A DNA stretch of 64,000 bases from Dehalococcoidia bacterium (GTDB lineage Bacteria > Chloroflexota > Dehalococcoidia > UBA2979): NCBI GenBank assembly GCA_965262725.1, contig OZ253555.1, positions 1,664,001 through 1,728,000 on the forward strand, in the 5' to 3' direction. The notes under the pieces were generated by a model that was given only the letters and a program-made list of their open reading frames with translations, had not been told where the DNA came from and searched no databases. A program made the translations under genes and the position numbers. Numbering within the stretch: position 1 is the stretch's first letter; each line of letters opens with the position of its first letter. Shown piece after piece: positions 30,586 through 39,729 of the stretch.

Positions 30586-31477
30586 ACAGCCGGGCGGCCG
30601 GACCGACCCCTACCAGGAGATCACCGGCCGCATCATCTCCGCGCTTGAGCGCGGCACCGTGCCGTGGCGCACGCCGTGGCGCGTACGCGGGCATCGCAAC
30701 GCCCGCTCCAACCGCCCCTACCGCGGCATCAACACGCTGGTCCTCCAGATGACCGCGCTCGAGCGCGGCTGGAGCGACCCGCGCTGGCTCACCTACCGCC
30801 AGGCCGAGGCCGCGGGCGGACACGTCCGCCGCGGCGAGCACGGCACCCGCGTCGTGCTCTGGAAATGGATCGAGCGGAGGGACCCGGAGGACCCCGAGCG
30901 GGTGGAGCGTTTCCCGCTCATCCGCCTCTACGCCGTCTTCAACGTCGACCAGTGCGAGGGCGTGACGTTGCCCGCACGGGTGGACGGCGGCTGCACGGAT
31001 CCGCTGGAACGCGCGGAGGCGGTGATCGCGGGCTACCAGGACCCACCGACGCTCCACTGGGACGCCGAGGGCGCCTACTACGTCCCCGAGCACGACGAGG
31101 TGCACGTGCCGCCGCGCGCAGCCTTCTCGGATGCGCACGGCTACTACGCGACGCTCTTCCACGAGCTCGCCCACTCCACCGGTCACCCGAGCCGACTCGC
31201 GCGCGAGGGCTACCGGACGGCCGCCCGCTTCGGCTCCGAGCGCTACTCGCAGGAGGAGCTTGTGGCGGAGTTCGCGGCCGCCTTCCTCGGGAGCGAGGCC
31301 GGGATCGACCCCTCGAGGGTCGATCAGTCCGCGGCCTACATCGCCTCGTGGCTGCGCGTGCTCGACGACGACCGACGCCTGGTCGTGGTCGCCGCCGCGC
31401 AGGGGCAGCGCGCCGCCGATCACATCCTCGGGCGAAGTCCCGGGACGCCGGGGGAGGCGGCGGCAGAGACAACGTGA
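30575..31477 (+). CDS. ardC: ArdC-family antirestriction ssDNA-binding / zincin protein
   Basis: PW..PW, YRGIN, WLTYRQA, GEHG, VFNVDQ, HELAH, EELVAE, YIASW. Confidence 0.92.
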   Translation: MRRRQPGGRTDPYQEITGRIISALERGTVPWRTPWRVRGHRNARSNRPYRGINTLVLQMTALERGWSDPRWLTYRQAEAAGGHVRRGEHGTRVVLWKWIERRDPEDPERVERFPLIRLYAVFNVDQCEGVTLPARVDGGCTDPLERAEAVIAGYQDPPTLHWDAEGAYYVPEHDEVHVPPRAAFSDAHGYYATLFHELAHSTGHPSRLAREGYRTAARFGSERYSQEELVAEFAAAFLGSEAGIDPSRVDQSAAYIASWLRVLDDDRRLVVVAAAQGQRAADHILGRSPGTPGEAAAETT

Positions 31478-31644
31478 CCCGGTCGAGAGCGGAGATGCGC
31501 GGCGGAGCGGGGTGGCGCTCGGAGCGATCGATGTCGCCGGGGACCTCCGCCCGCCGCGCGCCGCGCACCGCGGGATCACGCCGGACCGGACGCCCCGCTC
31601 CGGCCCCACCACCCATGACAGCACCGAGAGAGAAGGAGAACCTG

Positions 31645-31962
31645 ATGCCACGACGGATCATCTGCTGGGAGATCACCGACGCGTTCTCGAAGTTCGGCTT
31701 CGACGACGGCGATGGTCCCAACTTCACCGACGAGGTTGTCGCCGCCATCGAGGCGGCTGGCCCCTACCGCTGCCGCACCCAGATCTGGGGGCTCCACAAC
31801 TACGGGATCGAAGCGATCGAGGAGGAGGTCTCGCCGGAGGAGTGGGTGCCCGTCGCCGAGTTCGACGGCTACGAGCTGCCACCCTGGGAGAACCTCCCGG
31901 AACCGGTGCGCGACGCGCTCGTCGCCCTCAACGACGGCGAGCCGTTCGCGTGGCGGCTCTGA
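31645..31962 (+). CDS. Hypothetical acidic protein
   Basis: RBS AAGGAG; WEITDAFSKFGFDDGDG. Confidence 0.7.
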   Translation: MPRRIICWEITDAFSKFGFDDGDGPNFTDEVVAAIEAAGPYRCRTQIWGLHNYGIEAIEEEVSPEEWVPVAEFDGYELPPWENLPEPVRDALVALNDGEPFAWRL

Positions 31963-32322
31963 GCGGGTCGCTCGCGACAGCGGCCGGACAGGCAGAACCT
32001 GTCCGGCCACTCCGACCGCACACCCTCCAGTGCGCCGTAGCTTCCGGTCGGACACCGAGCCGGCAGCGAACGGGGTCCGGTCAAAGCCACCTTCCCGTGA
32101 CCTCGCGGGCCATGGGAGAGCATCGAGGCCGCGAGCACGCGTCACCACTCACAGCGGAAGGCCCGCCGCGTTGCCCTGTGTTGCGATCGCAGCGGACGTG
32201 GAGCCTGACGAGTCCCACGGCGGGGGTGATCCCTCGGCCCGCATCCCGTCCACGAGGTCAGGGTCGGGCTGACCCAGTAGCCGGTCGCAGCGCGTCCGCA
32301 TGAGTGCCACTCGCGCCCGTGG

Positions 32323-32931
32323 CTAGCGGATTCTTCGTCCCTGAGAGATGAGCGAGGCGACCTCGTGGCGCTCGTAGATCCGACCGTTCGTCACGTCTTC
32401 GAAGAAGACCGGAATGCCGGTTTCGATGTCGAAGTGCATCTCCAAACGGATGTCATCACGTACCACGACCACCACAAGGTCACGCCCGACGGTCTCGGTC
32501 AAGAGCATGCTGCCGGGAGAGGCGCTGGCGCGCCTGACGAACCCCTGCTCGTCGAGAAACCACGGTCCGGGAATGGGATACCCACGCCGGGACTCCGCGT
32601 TCGGGTGACCGACGAGCCTGCCGTCCCGCACTTCTTGGCCGGTTCCGACAGGACTCGATTCCCTCGTGCTGCTGACGAGGGTCGCCTTCCAGTTTCGGTA
32701 GTCCGAATAGACGAGATGGAGAACGTTGGTTTCGAAGTCTCCTCTCGTCACCGTACGCGTCATCTCGAATGGGGGGAACCGCTCGGCAAGCCGAGACTCC
32801 CCAGTGGTCTGCTTCTCACCCGCACCGGTTCGCCAGGAGAGAGGCGAACGGAGATCCCCGAGGAGCGCGATGCCGACCACGACTGCCAGCGCAACCACGC
32901 TGACGCTCGCGATGGCCGCTCTCGTGCTCAC
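32323..32931 (-). CDS. Hypothetical membrane-anchored protein
   Basis: N-terminal TM; RBS GAGG; 202 aa. Confidence 0.6.
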   Translation of the reverse strand: MSTRAAIASVSVVALAVVVGIALLGDLRSPLSWRTGAGEKQTTGESRLAERFPPFEMTRTVTRGDFETNVLHLVYSDYRNWKATLVSSTRESSPVGTGQEVRDGRLVGHPNAESRRGYPIPGPWFLDEQGFVRRASASPGSMLLTETVGRDLVVVVVRDDIRLEMHFDIETGIPVFFEDVTNGRIYERHEVASLISQGRRIR

Positions 32932-32978
32932 GTCGTCCTCGCTGGCGACCGCAGCGTCCTGCGTGCGTGCGCCGCTGC

Positions 32979-33104
32979 GGTCCCCGCTTCACCGACGATG
33001 TCGCCGCCGCCATCGAGGCGACCGGCCCCTACCGCTGCCGTACCCAGATCCGGGGGCTCCACAACTACGGCGTCGAAATCATCGAGGAGGAGGTCGCCCC
33101 GGAG
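32979..33104 (+). repeat. Diverged partial copy of 31714-31839
   Basis: ~125-bp imperfect direct repeat (FTD.V.AAIEA.GPYRCRTQI.GLHNYG.E.IEEEV). Confidence 0.85.
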
Positions 33105-33208
33105 CAGCGAGCGAAGGAGGGCGTGTGAATCGGGCAGTCATTTCCTTGATCGCGCGACCGTCGTGGCTGGCGTCACGGGCGCCCGCACGGAAGGGGCAGG
33201 GTTCTTCG

Positions 33209-33305
33209 GGGTCACGTCCCACAAGGTGGTGTCGCAGTTCACCATCCTTATTAACTGTCAGCCGGTGGTCCGCAGCAGCACGTCCCTACCTGACGTGACC
33301 TCTTC
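33209..33305 (-). mobile_element. Solo IS256-family right end
   Basis: Reverse complement aligns with 52880-52974 (ATAAGGATGGTG...GACACCAC...GGGACGTGACCC). Confidence 0.8.
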
Positions 33306-33538
33306 TCGGTGAGGCCGGCGCGGACGCGGGCCTCGCGGATGCGCGCTCCGAGCGCCTTCCAGCGATAGCCGTCGTCGCTCACAGCGGTGCTCCTCGACGT
33401 TCCAGGCTGCTACCAGCATAGAACTCCCGTTTTGCGGCATGCATCGAGTCGGTGGCGGCGGGAACTTCCGCTGCGGTCGCACGTCGCGTGCACGGGAACC
33501 CCGCCGGCGATGCGGCGCAGCGCCGGGCGCTCGTGCTC

Positions 33539-34177
33539 TCAGCGCTCGGGCCACTGGCGCTTCAATGCCTCGTGTGCGCGGTCACACGGCCATGTGCAGC
33601 TCCGGGCCTGGATCGCGTAGCCATGCAACGGGGGCAGGTCGCCGGGGCCGGGGGCCGAGCCGACGTACCGTCCAGACGCGAGGCGGCCGTCGTCGTCCTC
33701 GACGGTGGAATACGCGAGCTGGCGGTTGAAGTCGCTTCCCGCTGAACGGTAGAACGCGTCCACTGCCTCGCGCAGGGCGTGATCCTCAGCTGTGTGAGCC
33801 CCGGGTTCGGGCGGGGCGAAGCCGGGCTCGATGACCCAATCCGCCGGCGCGGGCACGACGAAGAGCGGGATGTCACGCTCGCGGGCGGCAATGAGCGAGC
33901 GCTCCGGCGGATGCGTGTGCTCGACCTCGAGCAGCGCCGTTAGCTCGCCGCGCGCGTCGAGCATGGTGATGTCGGGTATGCAGTAGCTCCCGTCCGCCAG
34001 CGGCAGGCGCCGCTCGGCAACGGCGCGGACGGCTCCCTCAAGTAGATCGAGGAGGTGGTCGTGTCCGTGTGGATCACACGTCCACACGATGAACTGGGCG
34101 GTGCGCGGAGGCGTCAGTCCCCGCAGGAGCAGGTCCAGGAGGGCGTCTTTCCACTGCTCATGCTGCCTGGATTCCAT
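33539..34177 (-). CDS. Hypothetical protein with PD-(D/E)XK-like motif
   Basis: IPDITML...LLEVEHTH. Confidence 0.55.
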   Translation of the reverse strand: MESRQHEQWKDALLDLLLRGLTPPRTAQFIVWTCDPHGHDHLLDLLEGAVRAVAERRLPLADGSYCIPDITMLDARGELTALLEVEHTHPPERSLIAARERDIPLFVVPAPADWVIEPGFAPPEPGAHTAEDHALREAVDAFYRSAGSDFNRQLAYSTVEDDDGRLASGRYVGSAPGPGDLPPLHGYAIQARSCTWPCDRAHEALKRQWPER

Positions 34178-34288
34178 GTGAGCGAGTCTACGTGATCGGG
34201 TTGCGAAGGCAGTGTTGGCGAATTGCCGGGTGCAGGCTACACGGAATCATCTCAGTCCTGAGCAAGTCCCGCCCACGAGGAGGAGACC

Positions 34289-34435
34289 ATGCCTGACTCC
34301 AACGAGATCCACCACCGGTGGGAGAGTGAGGGCGAGCTGTTGAACGCGCTGTCGACGAACTCTCGCGACGTTGTCCAGCGCGCTGGCATCCAGTCAATGA
34401 TCAACCGCTTCGACGGCGCGGACACCGTCGCATAA
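34289..34435 (+). CDS. Possible 48-aa peptide
   Basis: Strong RBS AGGAGGAG then MPDSNEIHHRWESE...; below the ORF-track cutoff. Confidence 0.3.
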   Translation: MPDSNEIHHRWESEGELLNALSTNSRDVVQRAGIQSMINRFDGADTVA

Positions 34436-34607
34436 GAGTGGTCGCTCTGCGACGGAGGCTCCGCTCCGCTACCCGCTCCGGTCGCGCGCATACGACCGCT
34501 CCCGAGGAGATCGCGGACGGCGCGCCCCGAGCGCCTCGGACGAGGGGCACTCCGCGCGCACATGGTCCATCAGCATGCATCTGGTTCAGCGATGCCGACG
34601 CGAACCG

Positions 34608-34970
34608 CTATCCGTCCTTCGCGTAGGTGAAGGGGTTGTCGACACTTCCCCAGCCGAACACGTAGACCTCTCCCTCACGCCTGCGGTCCCACTTTCTGTA
34701 GCCCTCACTAGGACGGCCGGTGGTCGCGCTGACGACCAGCCGCGTGAGCGGAGGGAGTCCGTTTCGATGGCAGTAGCCTCCGATCAGGTCGAGCATGCAA
34801 CCCAAGTTCCGTCGGGTGGCGCCGTAGCCAAGCTCGTCGGCGAGGTCGGTGTACGTGATGGTGCCCCCATCGCCGCGCGCGGCTAACTCCGTCAAAATCG
34901 GCCACGCCTGGAACGCGCGCCACTCCTCACTCACGATCACAAGGACTTCCCCTCCGGCATCGAATCGCAC
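34608..34970 (-). CDS. Small winged-helix-like protein
   Basis: TITYTDLA..LG...LGCMLDLI..YC..NGLPPLT.LVVS..TG.P. Confidence 0.6.
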   Translation of the reverse strand: MRFDAGGEVLVIVSEEWRAFQAWPILTELAARGDGGTITYTDLADELGYGATRRNLGCMLDLIGGYCHRNGLPPLTRLVVSATTGRPSEGYRKWDRRREGEVYVFGWGSVDNPFTYAKDG

Positions 34971-35044
34971 ACCAAGTTAGCACTGCGGGGCGGAGTAGGC
35001 TCCGCGAGTCGCGCCGTCGCGGGACGCAGCGAGAACGATGAGGA

Positions 35045-35758
35045 TCAACGAGCGTCGATCCTCATCGTTCCTCCGAGGAGCCCTTCTCCCTTTACCGCAC
35101 TGGCCTCGATCGGAAAGGCGATATCGCTAATGTCGCCGATGTCAAGCGTGAGTGGGTCCTCCCCTGATGTGTGGGTGTCTATCGCGATTCTGAACTCACG
35201 CTGGAAACTGAACTCCGTCTGCTTCCAGAACACCGCTTCGAGGCCCTCGAAGTTGCCGTGGAATGTGTCGGGATCGTAGTAGTTCACGAGTCTGCTCGCC
35301 GCCCGGTAGCCGTTATCTGTACAGGCGCCTTTGAGTCGATCCATGAAGGCAGCCACATCACAGATCACCACTGCATATGGTCCCAGGGAAAGGCAGGCAT
35401 CATCTACGCGGAGGGCTTCTCGCAGCACTTCGATGTTGTCGTGTGAGATTGTCTCCAAGTCGACGTCCCCGCTATGGACGGCATGTATGCAGAACAGGTG
35501 GAATTCGGAAAGAAAGTCCAACTGGATTTGGAGCGTTATGAGCCCTTCGCTGAGGTCCATACCATTGAGGACCAAGGTCAGGTTCGCCCCTTGTAGCCAG
35601 CTCGTAGTTCCTTCGTCACGGTCGATCCGGGCAGTCGTGTCCTCCCCTTCAGCCCTTCTGAATGCGGAGAGCCTGTTGGCAAACACCTTCCCCTGGAGGA
35701 AAGCTTCAGCGTATTCCTGCTTGTCAAAGAACTTGATGAAGAGAAAGATCCTCCTCAT
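35045..35758 (-). CDS. Hypothetical protein, DUF2971-like
   Basis: Lower GC; LFC, VNYYD, FWKQTEFSFQREFR motif. Confidence 0.6.
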   Translation of the reverse strand: MRRIFLFIKFFDKQEYAEAFLQGKVFANRLSAFRRAEGEDTTARIDRDEGTTSWLQGANLTLVLNGMDLSEGLITLQIQLDFLSEFHLFCIHAVHSGDVDLETISHDNIEVLREALRVDDACLSLGPYAVVICDVAAFMDRLKGACTDNGYRAASRLVNYYDPDTFHGNFEGLEAVFWKQTEFSFQREFRIAIDTHTSGEDPLTLDIGDISDIAFPIEASAVKGEGLLGGTMRIDAR

Positions 35759-35872
35759 GGCCCTGCCTTACTAACGCTTTGCCGTCACCTTACACGGACG
35801 ACCAGTGGTGCGTGTGGTTCGAGGGCAAGCCGGAGTCCACCACTTCAAGGGCCGCCGAGCGATGACCGGCAT

Positions 35873-36645
35873 TCACCACCTGCGTGTCTGGATTGCGGTC
35901 GGGGCGCGAGACACGCTCCGAGAGGCCCACCCCAACCGAAACAGACAAGCCGGTGGGCCGCCTGCTGGGGCGCGCCAGATCGAGCCGAACGGCCTACTCG
36001 CCACGGTGAGCGCGCGGTACGAGACCCGCAGCGGCAGGTCGACGCGGGCGCGCTTCATCTCCGCGCCCGCCACTCGCAGGAAGTGGTCCGCCCCGACGTG
36101 GTCGTCGGTGGGCCGCTGCGAGGCATAGTAGCGCAGGTAGGGGGCGAGACGGGCGGCCATCGTCGAGCGCCTGACGGCGCGGCGCTCCCACTCGAGGAAG
36201 AACGCCCACGGCGGCCCCTCGCGGCGCAGGAGGCCGAAGGCGTCGGGGTGGACGGAGTGGAGGCGGTCGTGGTGGCGGAAGTACCTGGACGCGCGGTGCG
36301 GTGGGTCGAGCAGCTCGACCTCCCACCTCTCGTCGCGCGCCTGCCGGGCCAGCGCCCCCGCGAAGCCGTGCACGGCGGCGGTGTGGTCGATGGTGCGCAG
36401 GAGCTGGCGGCTGCGCCTGCCGGCGACGTTGCGCCACGCGAGCGGTGCGACCGGGTCCAGCGAGCGGGCGCTCCATCGCCTGCGGGCGAGGTTGGCGGCG
36501 GCGCGGTCGCGGCGCGCGAGCAGCGCCAGCGCGCGGTCCGAGAGCACGAGCCGGCCCCCGACGCGCGTGACAAGCGACGCCTCCCGGAGCGGCTGCAGGA
36601 GCTGTGAGACGCGCCGGGCGGAGACTCCCAGCAGCGCCGGGCAGG
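35873..36645 (-). pseudogene. Replication-relaxation (Replic_Relax) family protein, C-terminal fragment
   Basis: HTAAVHGF, VHPDAFG, FFLEWER, RLAPYLRYY; 5' end missing. Confidence 0.7.
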
Positions 36646-36713
36646 GCGCCTGAGTGCACGACTCGCGCCGGTGCTATCTTCTACGGGTGACCCACCACCG
36701 GGAGGAGGCCAGC

Positions 36714-36983
36714 ATGGCTACTCGCCGACCCACCGAGGAAATCGCTCGCCTCGGCCACGAGATCTACGAGCGCGACATACGGCGGGAAGTCGAAACCGAC
36801 CACCGTGGCGAGGTCGTCGCCATCGACATCGACAGCCATTGCTGGGCAATCGGCGACACGGTGAACGCCGCGCGGGACCGCCTGCGAGTGGAGCGCCCGG
36901 ATGCGATCAACGTGCTGTTCGAGCGTGTGGGATACCGCGCGATCGACCGCTTCGGGGCGGGCTTCCTACGGAGGGCCGGTTGA
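36714..36983 (+). CDS. DUF5678-like small protein
   Basis: EIARLGHEIYERDIR...GEVVAIDIDS..WAIGD; RBS GGAGG. Confidence 0.7.
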   Translation: MATRRPTEEIARLGHEIYERDIRREVETDHRGEVVAIDIDSHCWAIGDTVNAARDRLRVERPDAINVLFERVGYRAIDRFGAGFLRRAG

Positions 36984-37348
36984 TCCAGGGGGCGGTCAAT
37001 GCAGCCCTCGAGGCCGTCCTGCCCCTGACGGTGCAGGGTACCGCCGGGCACGCGCAAGAGCTCGAGGCCGTCATCGACACCGGCTTCAGCGGGTTCCTGA
37101 CGCTCCCGTCGGCGCTGGTGGCAGGGTTGGGACTCGCGTTCAGCGGCGTCGGCTGGGCTGTTCTCGCCGACGGGACCGAGGCGAGATTCGATGTGTACGA
37201 CGCCACGCTGCTCTGGGATGGCCGGCAAAGGCGCGTCTACGTCTACGCGGCTGAGACGGCACCGCTCGCAGGCATGCGCCTGCTCGAAGGCCACGACTTG
37301 CATGTCGAGGTCGAGAGTGGCGGGCGCGTCGTCATCGAGGCCCGCTGA
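36980..37348 (+). CDS. Clan AA (retropepsin-like) aspartic protease
   Basis: AVIDTGFSGFLTLP, LADG, PLAGMRLL; TTG overlaps upstream stop. Confidence 0.85.
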   Translation: MIQGAVNAALEAVLPLTVQGTAGHAQELEAVIDTGFSGFLTLPSALVAGLGLAFSGVGWAVLADGTEARFDVYDATLLWDGRQRRVYVYAAETAPLAGMRLLEGHDLHVEVESGGRVVIEAR

Positions 37349-37349
37349 G

Positions 37350-37953
37350 CAGACGAACCCGATCCCGTGGCTCCCGATGATCGTCTGGGCTGAGACGGAT
37401 TACAGCGTCTACACGATGCGGCAGGCGTCACGGCGCTCCTGGCGCAATCGGCCAGACCCGGTCCGTCCAGGTCGTCTTCATAGCCTACCGGAACACCCTG
37501 CAGGCGGACGCCCTCCAGCTCGTGGCGCAGAAGCTCCATTCGTCGCTGGCGGTGGAGGGCGAGTTGCCCGAGGACGGCCTCGCCGCCTACGGGGACGACG
37601 GCGACGACCTCATGCTCGCCCTGGCGAGGAAGATCATCGCGGGCGAGGAGGGCGACGGCTCGGTCGAGTCGGTCTTCGAGCAGGCCCGGCAGGTCGCGGC
37701 CGGGGCCGAGGCGCTGCTGGTCGACGAGGACTGGCACGCGCCCGAGCCCGTGGTTGTCGGGGCCGGGGTGGCAGCCGATCCGCCCGTGGACGACGACGCT
37801 CCCGAGCCGCAGCGGACGCTGTTCTCGTGGGCGGAGTTCATGGCCGGGGAGCCGGAGGAGCCGCCGCGCAAACGCCGGGACGAGGCTCCGACGCTCTCGC
37901 TCTTCGAGTGGGCGCTGGAGCAGGAAAGGGTACTGGCCGAAGCCGCCGGGTAG
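37350..37953 (+). pseudogene. C-terminal fragment of an SF2 helicase (methyltransferase-helicase type of integrative elements)
   Basis: YSVYTMRQASRRSWR-(frameshift)-IGQTRSV, SSLAVEG; ends LSLFEWALEQE. Confidence 0.65.
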
Positions 37954-38050
37954 GACTGCACGCAGGGAGGACGCCGCCGATGTGGCGGTGTCCTCCCTGC
38001 CCACCCGTGTATACAGTGCCTTCTTGGTGTAGCCGCGCCGCGCCTCCGCG

Positions 38051-38875
38051 ATGATAGCGAGTCAACGTGCACGCCCGGAGGTGATAGGAGTGTGGAAAAG
38101 CCTTGCCGAGAAGGGTCGGGTCAACGCAGAGTTCGTGTTGGCGGCGATCCTTGGGCTGGATGTAGAGAAGCCAGCAATCATCCTGCTACAACCGGCCTAC
38201 CAGCTCGCCGTCGAGGGCCTAGAACTGGTCCTGAAGGCCATGATGCTGAAGCAGGGGGCAGACCCTCATCCGACGCACCAGCTGGAGACTCTCTACGAGC
38301 AGCTGACGCAAGCCGACAAGTCGGTGGTTGACGATGCCGTCCGCTCCGCCATTGATGAATCGGCGACGGGGCCGGTCCCTTTCAACCTGCAGAACGTGGC
38401 TGGGGTTCAACTCCTGAAGGACTTCACGCTTGGGGTCGATACAGCTGAAGAGGATCACACGTCTGGCTATGCACACATGGAACCCGTCGAGTTCCTCCGG
38501 ATGCTCGACACAGAGTGGGGGACCGACATCAGCCAGTACGTGGGGGTCACCCGATCGTTCAGTATCGAGAAACAGACAATAAGGGTGGACACGCGAATAC
38601 TGGCTGGATCCATCCGGGTACTCCTCACGCTGGCAGAACACCTCCTTGGTCCGGTTGTCCCGGCCCCTGAACGAAGGTCGGCGAGTCGGTTGGCCGGTTG
38701 GATCAACTCAGACGGAACATGGACCGGTGTCCCCGCAGACCACGCCGTAGAGAAAGACGGGGTTCTGGAGATCTACCTAGAGGGGGAATTGGTGATCGCC
38801 GTTCCCTTGGGTGAAAAACTCGGTTGGCAATGGAGGGATGCAACGGGGCGTGCTGTCGCGGGCGAGGAGGCGTAG
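38051..38875 (+). CDS. HEPN-domain protein
   Basis: EGLELVLKAM...G...THQLETLY; the second (RY) motif appears degenerate. Confidence 0.65.
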   Translation: MIASQRARPEVIGVWKSLAEKGRVNAEFVLAAILGLDVEKPAIILLQPAYQLAVEGLELVLKAMMLKQGADPHPTHQLETLYEQLTQADKSVVDDAVRSAIDESATGPVPFNLQNVAGVQLLKDFTLGVDTAEEDHTSGYAHMEPVEFLRMLDTEWGTDISQYVGVTRSFSIEKQTIRVDTRILAGSIRVLLTLAEHLLGPVVPAPERRSASRLAGWINSDGTWTGVPADHAVEKDGVLEIYLEGELVIAVPLGEKLGWQWRDATGRAVAGEEA

Positions 38876-38968
38876 TCGTCATCAATGTAAGCAACACCTA
38901 CAGGTTTGTTTGCCTATGGGACGCGAGGCGGAAGACGGGACCGGCGGCCGGGACCGCCTCCAGGGCGT

Positions 38969-39028
38969 CTGTCGCTCTTCGAGTGGGCGGTGGAAAGGGA
39001 GCGTGAAAGAGTGCTGGCCGCTGGCTGA
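38969..39028 (+). repeat. Second copy of the helicase 3' end
   Basis: TCGCTCTTCGAGTGGGCG at 38972-38989 identical to 37897-37914; reads LSLFEWAVERERERVLAAG*. Confidence 0.7.
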
Positions 39029-39729
39029 CGGGCCACGGAGTCGCGCAAGGGGCGTCGCCACGTGGGCGGCGCCCCATCGCCCCCTGTGCGGCCTTCCGTA
39101 CGTTACGGCCCGCCCGTCGCTGCAGGGCTGCCGCCTACTGAGGAGCGCGTGCTGCTCTCCTCTAGATGGACACGGAGGCCGACGCCGGGGGCTCTCGCAG
39201 CGCAGCGACTATGACGAGCTGCTCGGGACGCTGCGGGCGGCGCTCGCCGATGCGCTCTCGAAGGGATCGAGGCGGCTGACCTACTCACCGCGGCAGGAGA
39301 GCGCCGGTTCGCCTCCGCCGATCCGGGCCGCGCGCCTGCCCCGCGCCCATTCCGGCGGGCGCAGGGTCTCGGCGATTGGCGGATGGGTTGAGCGTCGGAC
39401 GGCGCTGACGACCAGCCGAGAGGCCGCGCGATGTCGTGTGGCCGCCTCGGTGAGGGGCCTTGCTCAGGGGATGCTATGCCAAGCCCGCTCTCGACGACCC
39501 CGCCTTTCGAGGCTAGCCTCGCACTTGCAACACCAGACTGCCTCCCTGGCGGGCTCGACCCTGTGGAGCGCCCCAACGAAGGATAGTGTCGCGTGCCAGA
39601 CTCTTCGGAAGCGTGCCACCGACAAGCGTATACGCCGCACCACACGTGCAGCGGTCGTCACATCAAGGCGATCGAGGTGCCCCGATATGCTACCCGTGAC
39701 GACTTGCGCTCGTGCTGGACTCGGTCGTC

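Noticed and set aside
31714-33104. ~125-bp imperfect repeat pair plus an RT in the window, suggesting a diversity-generating retroelement (TR/VR)
   Set aside because: Mismatches are not adenine-specific (e.g. T/C, G/T), and the RT is a typical group II intron maturase inside intron RNA domains.
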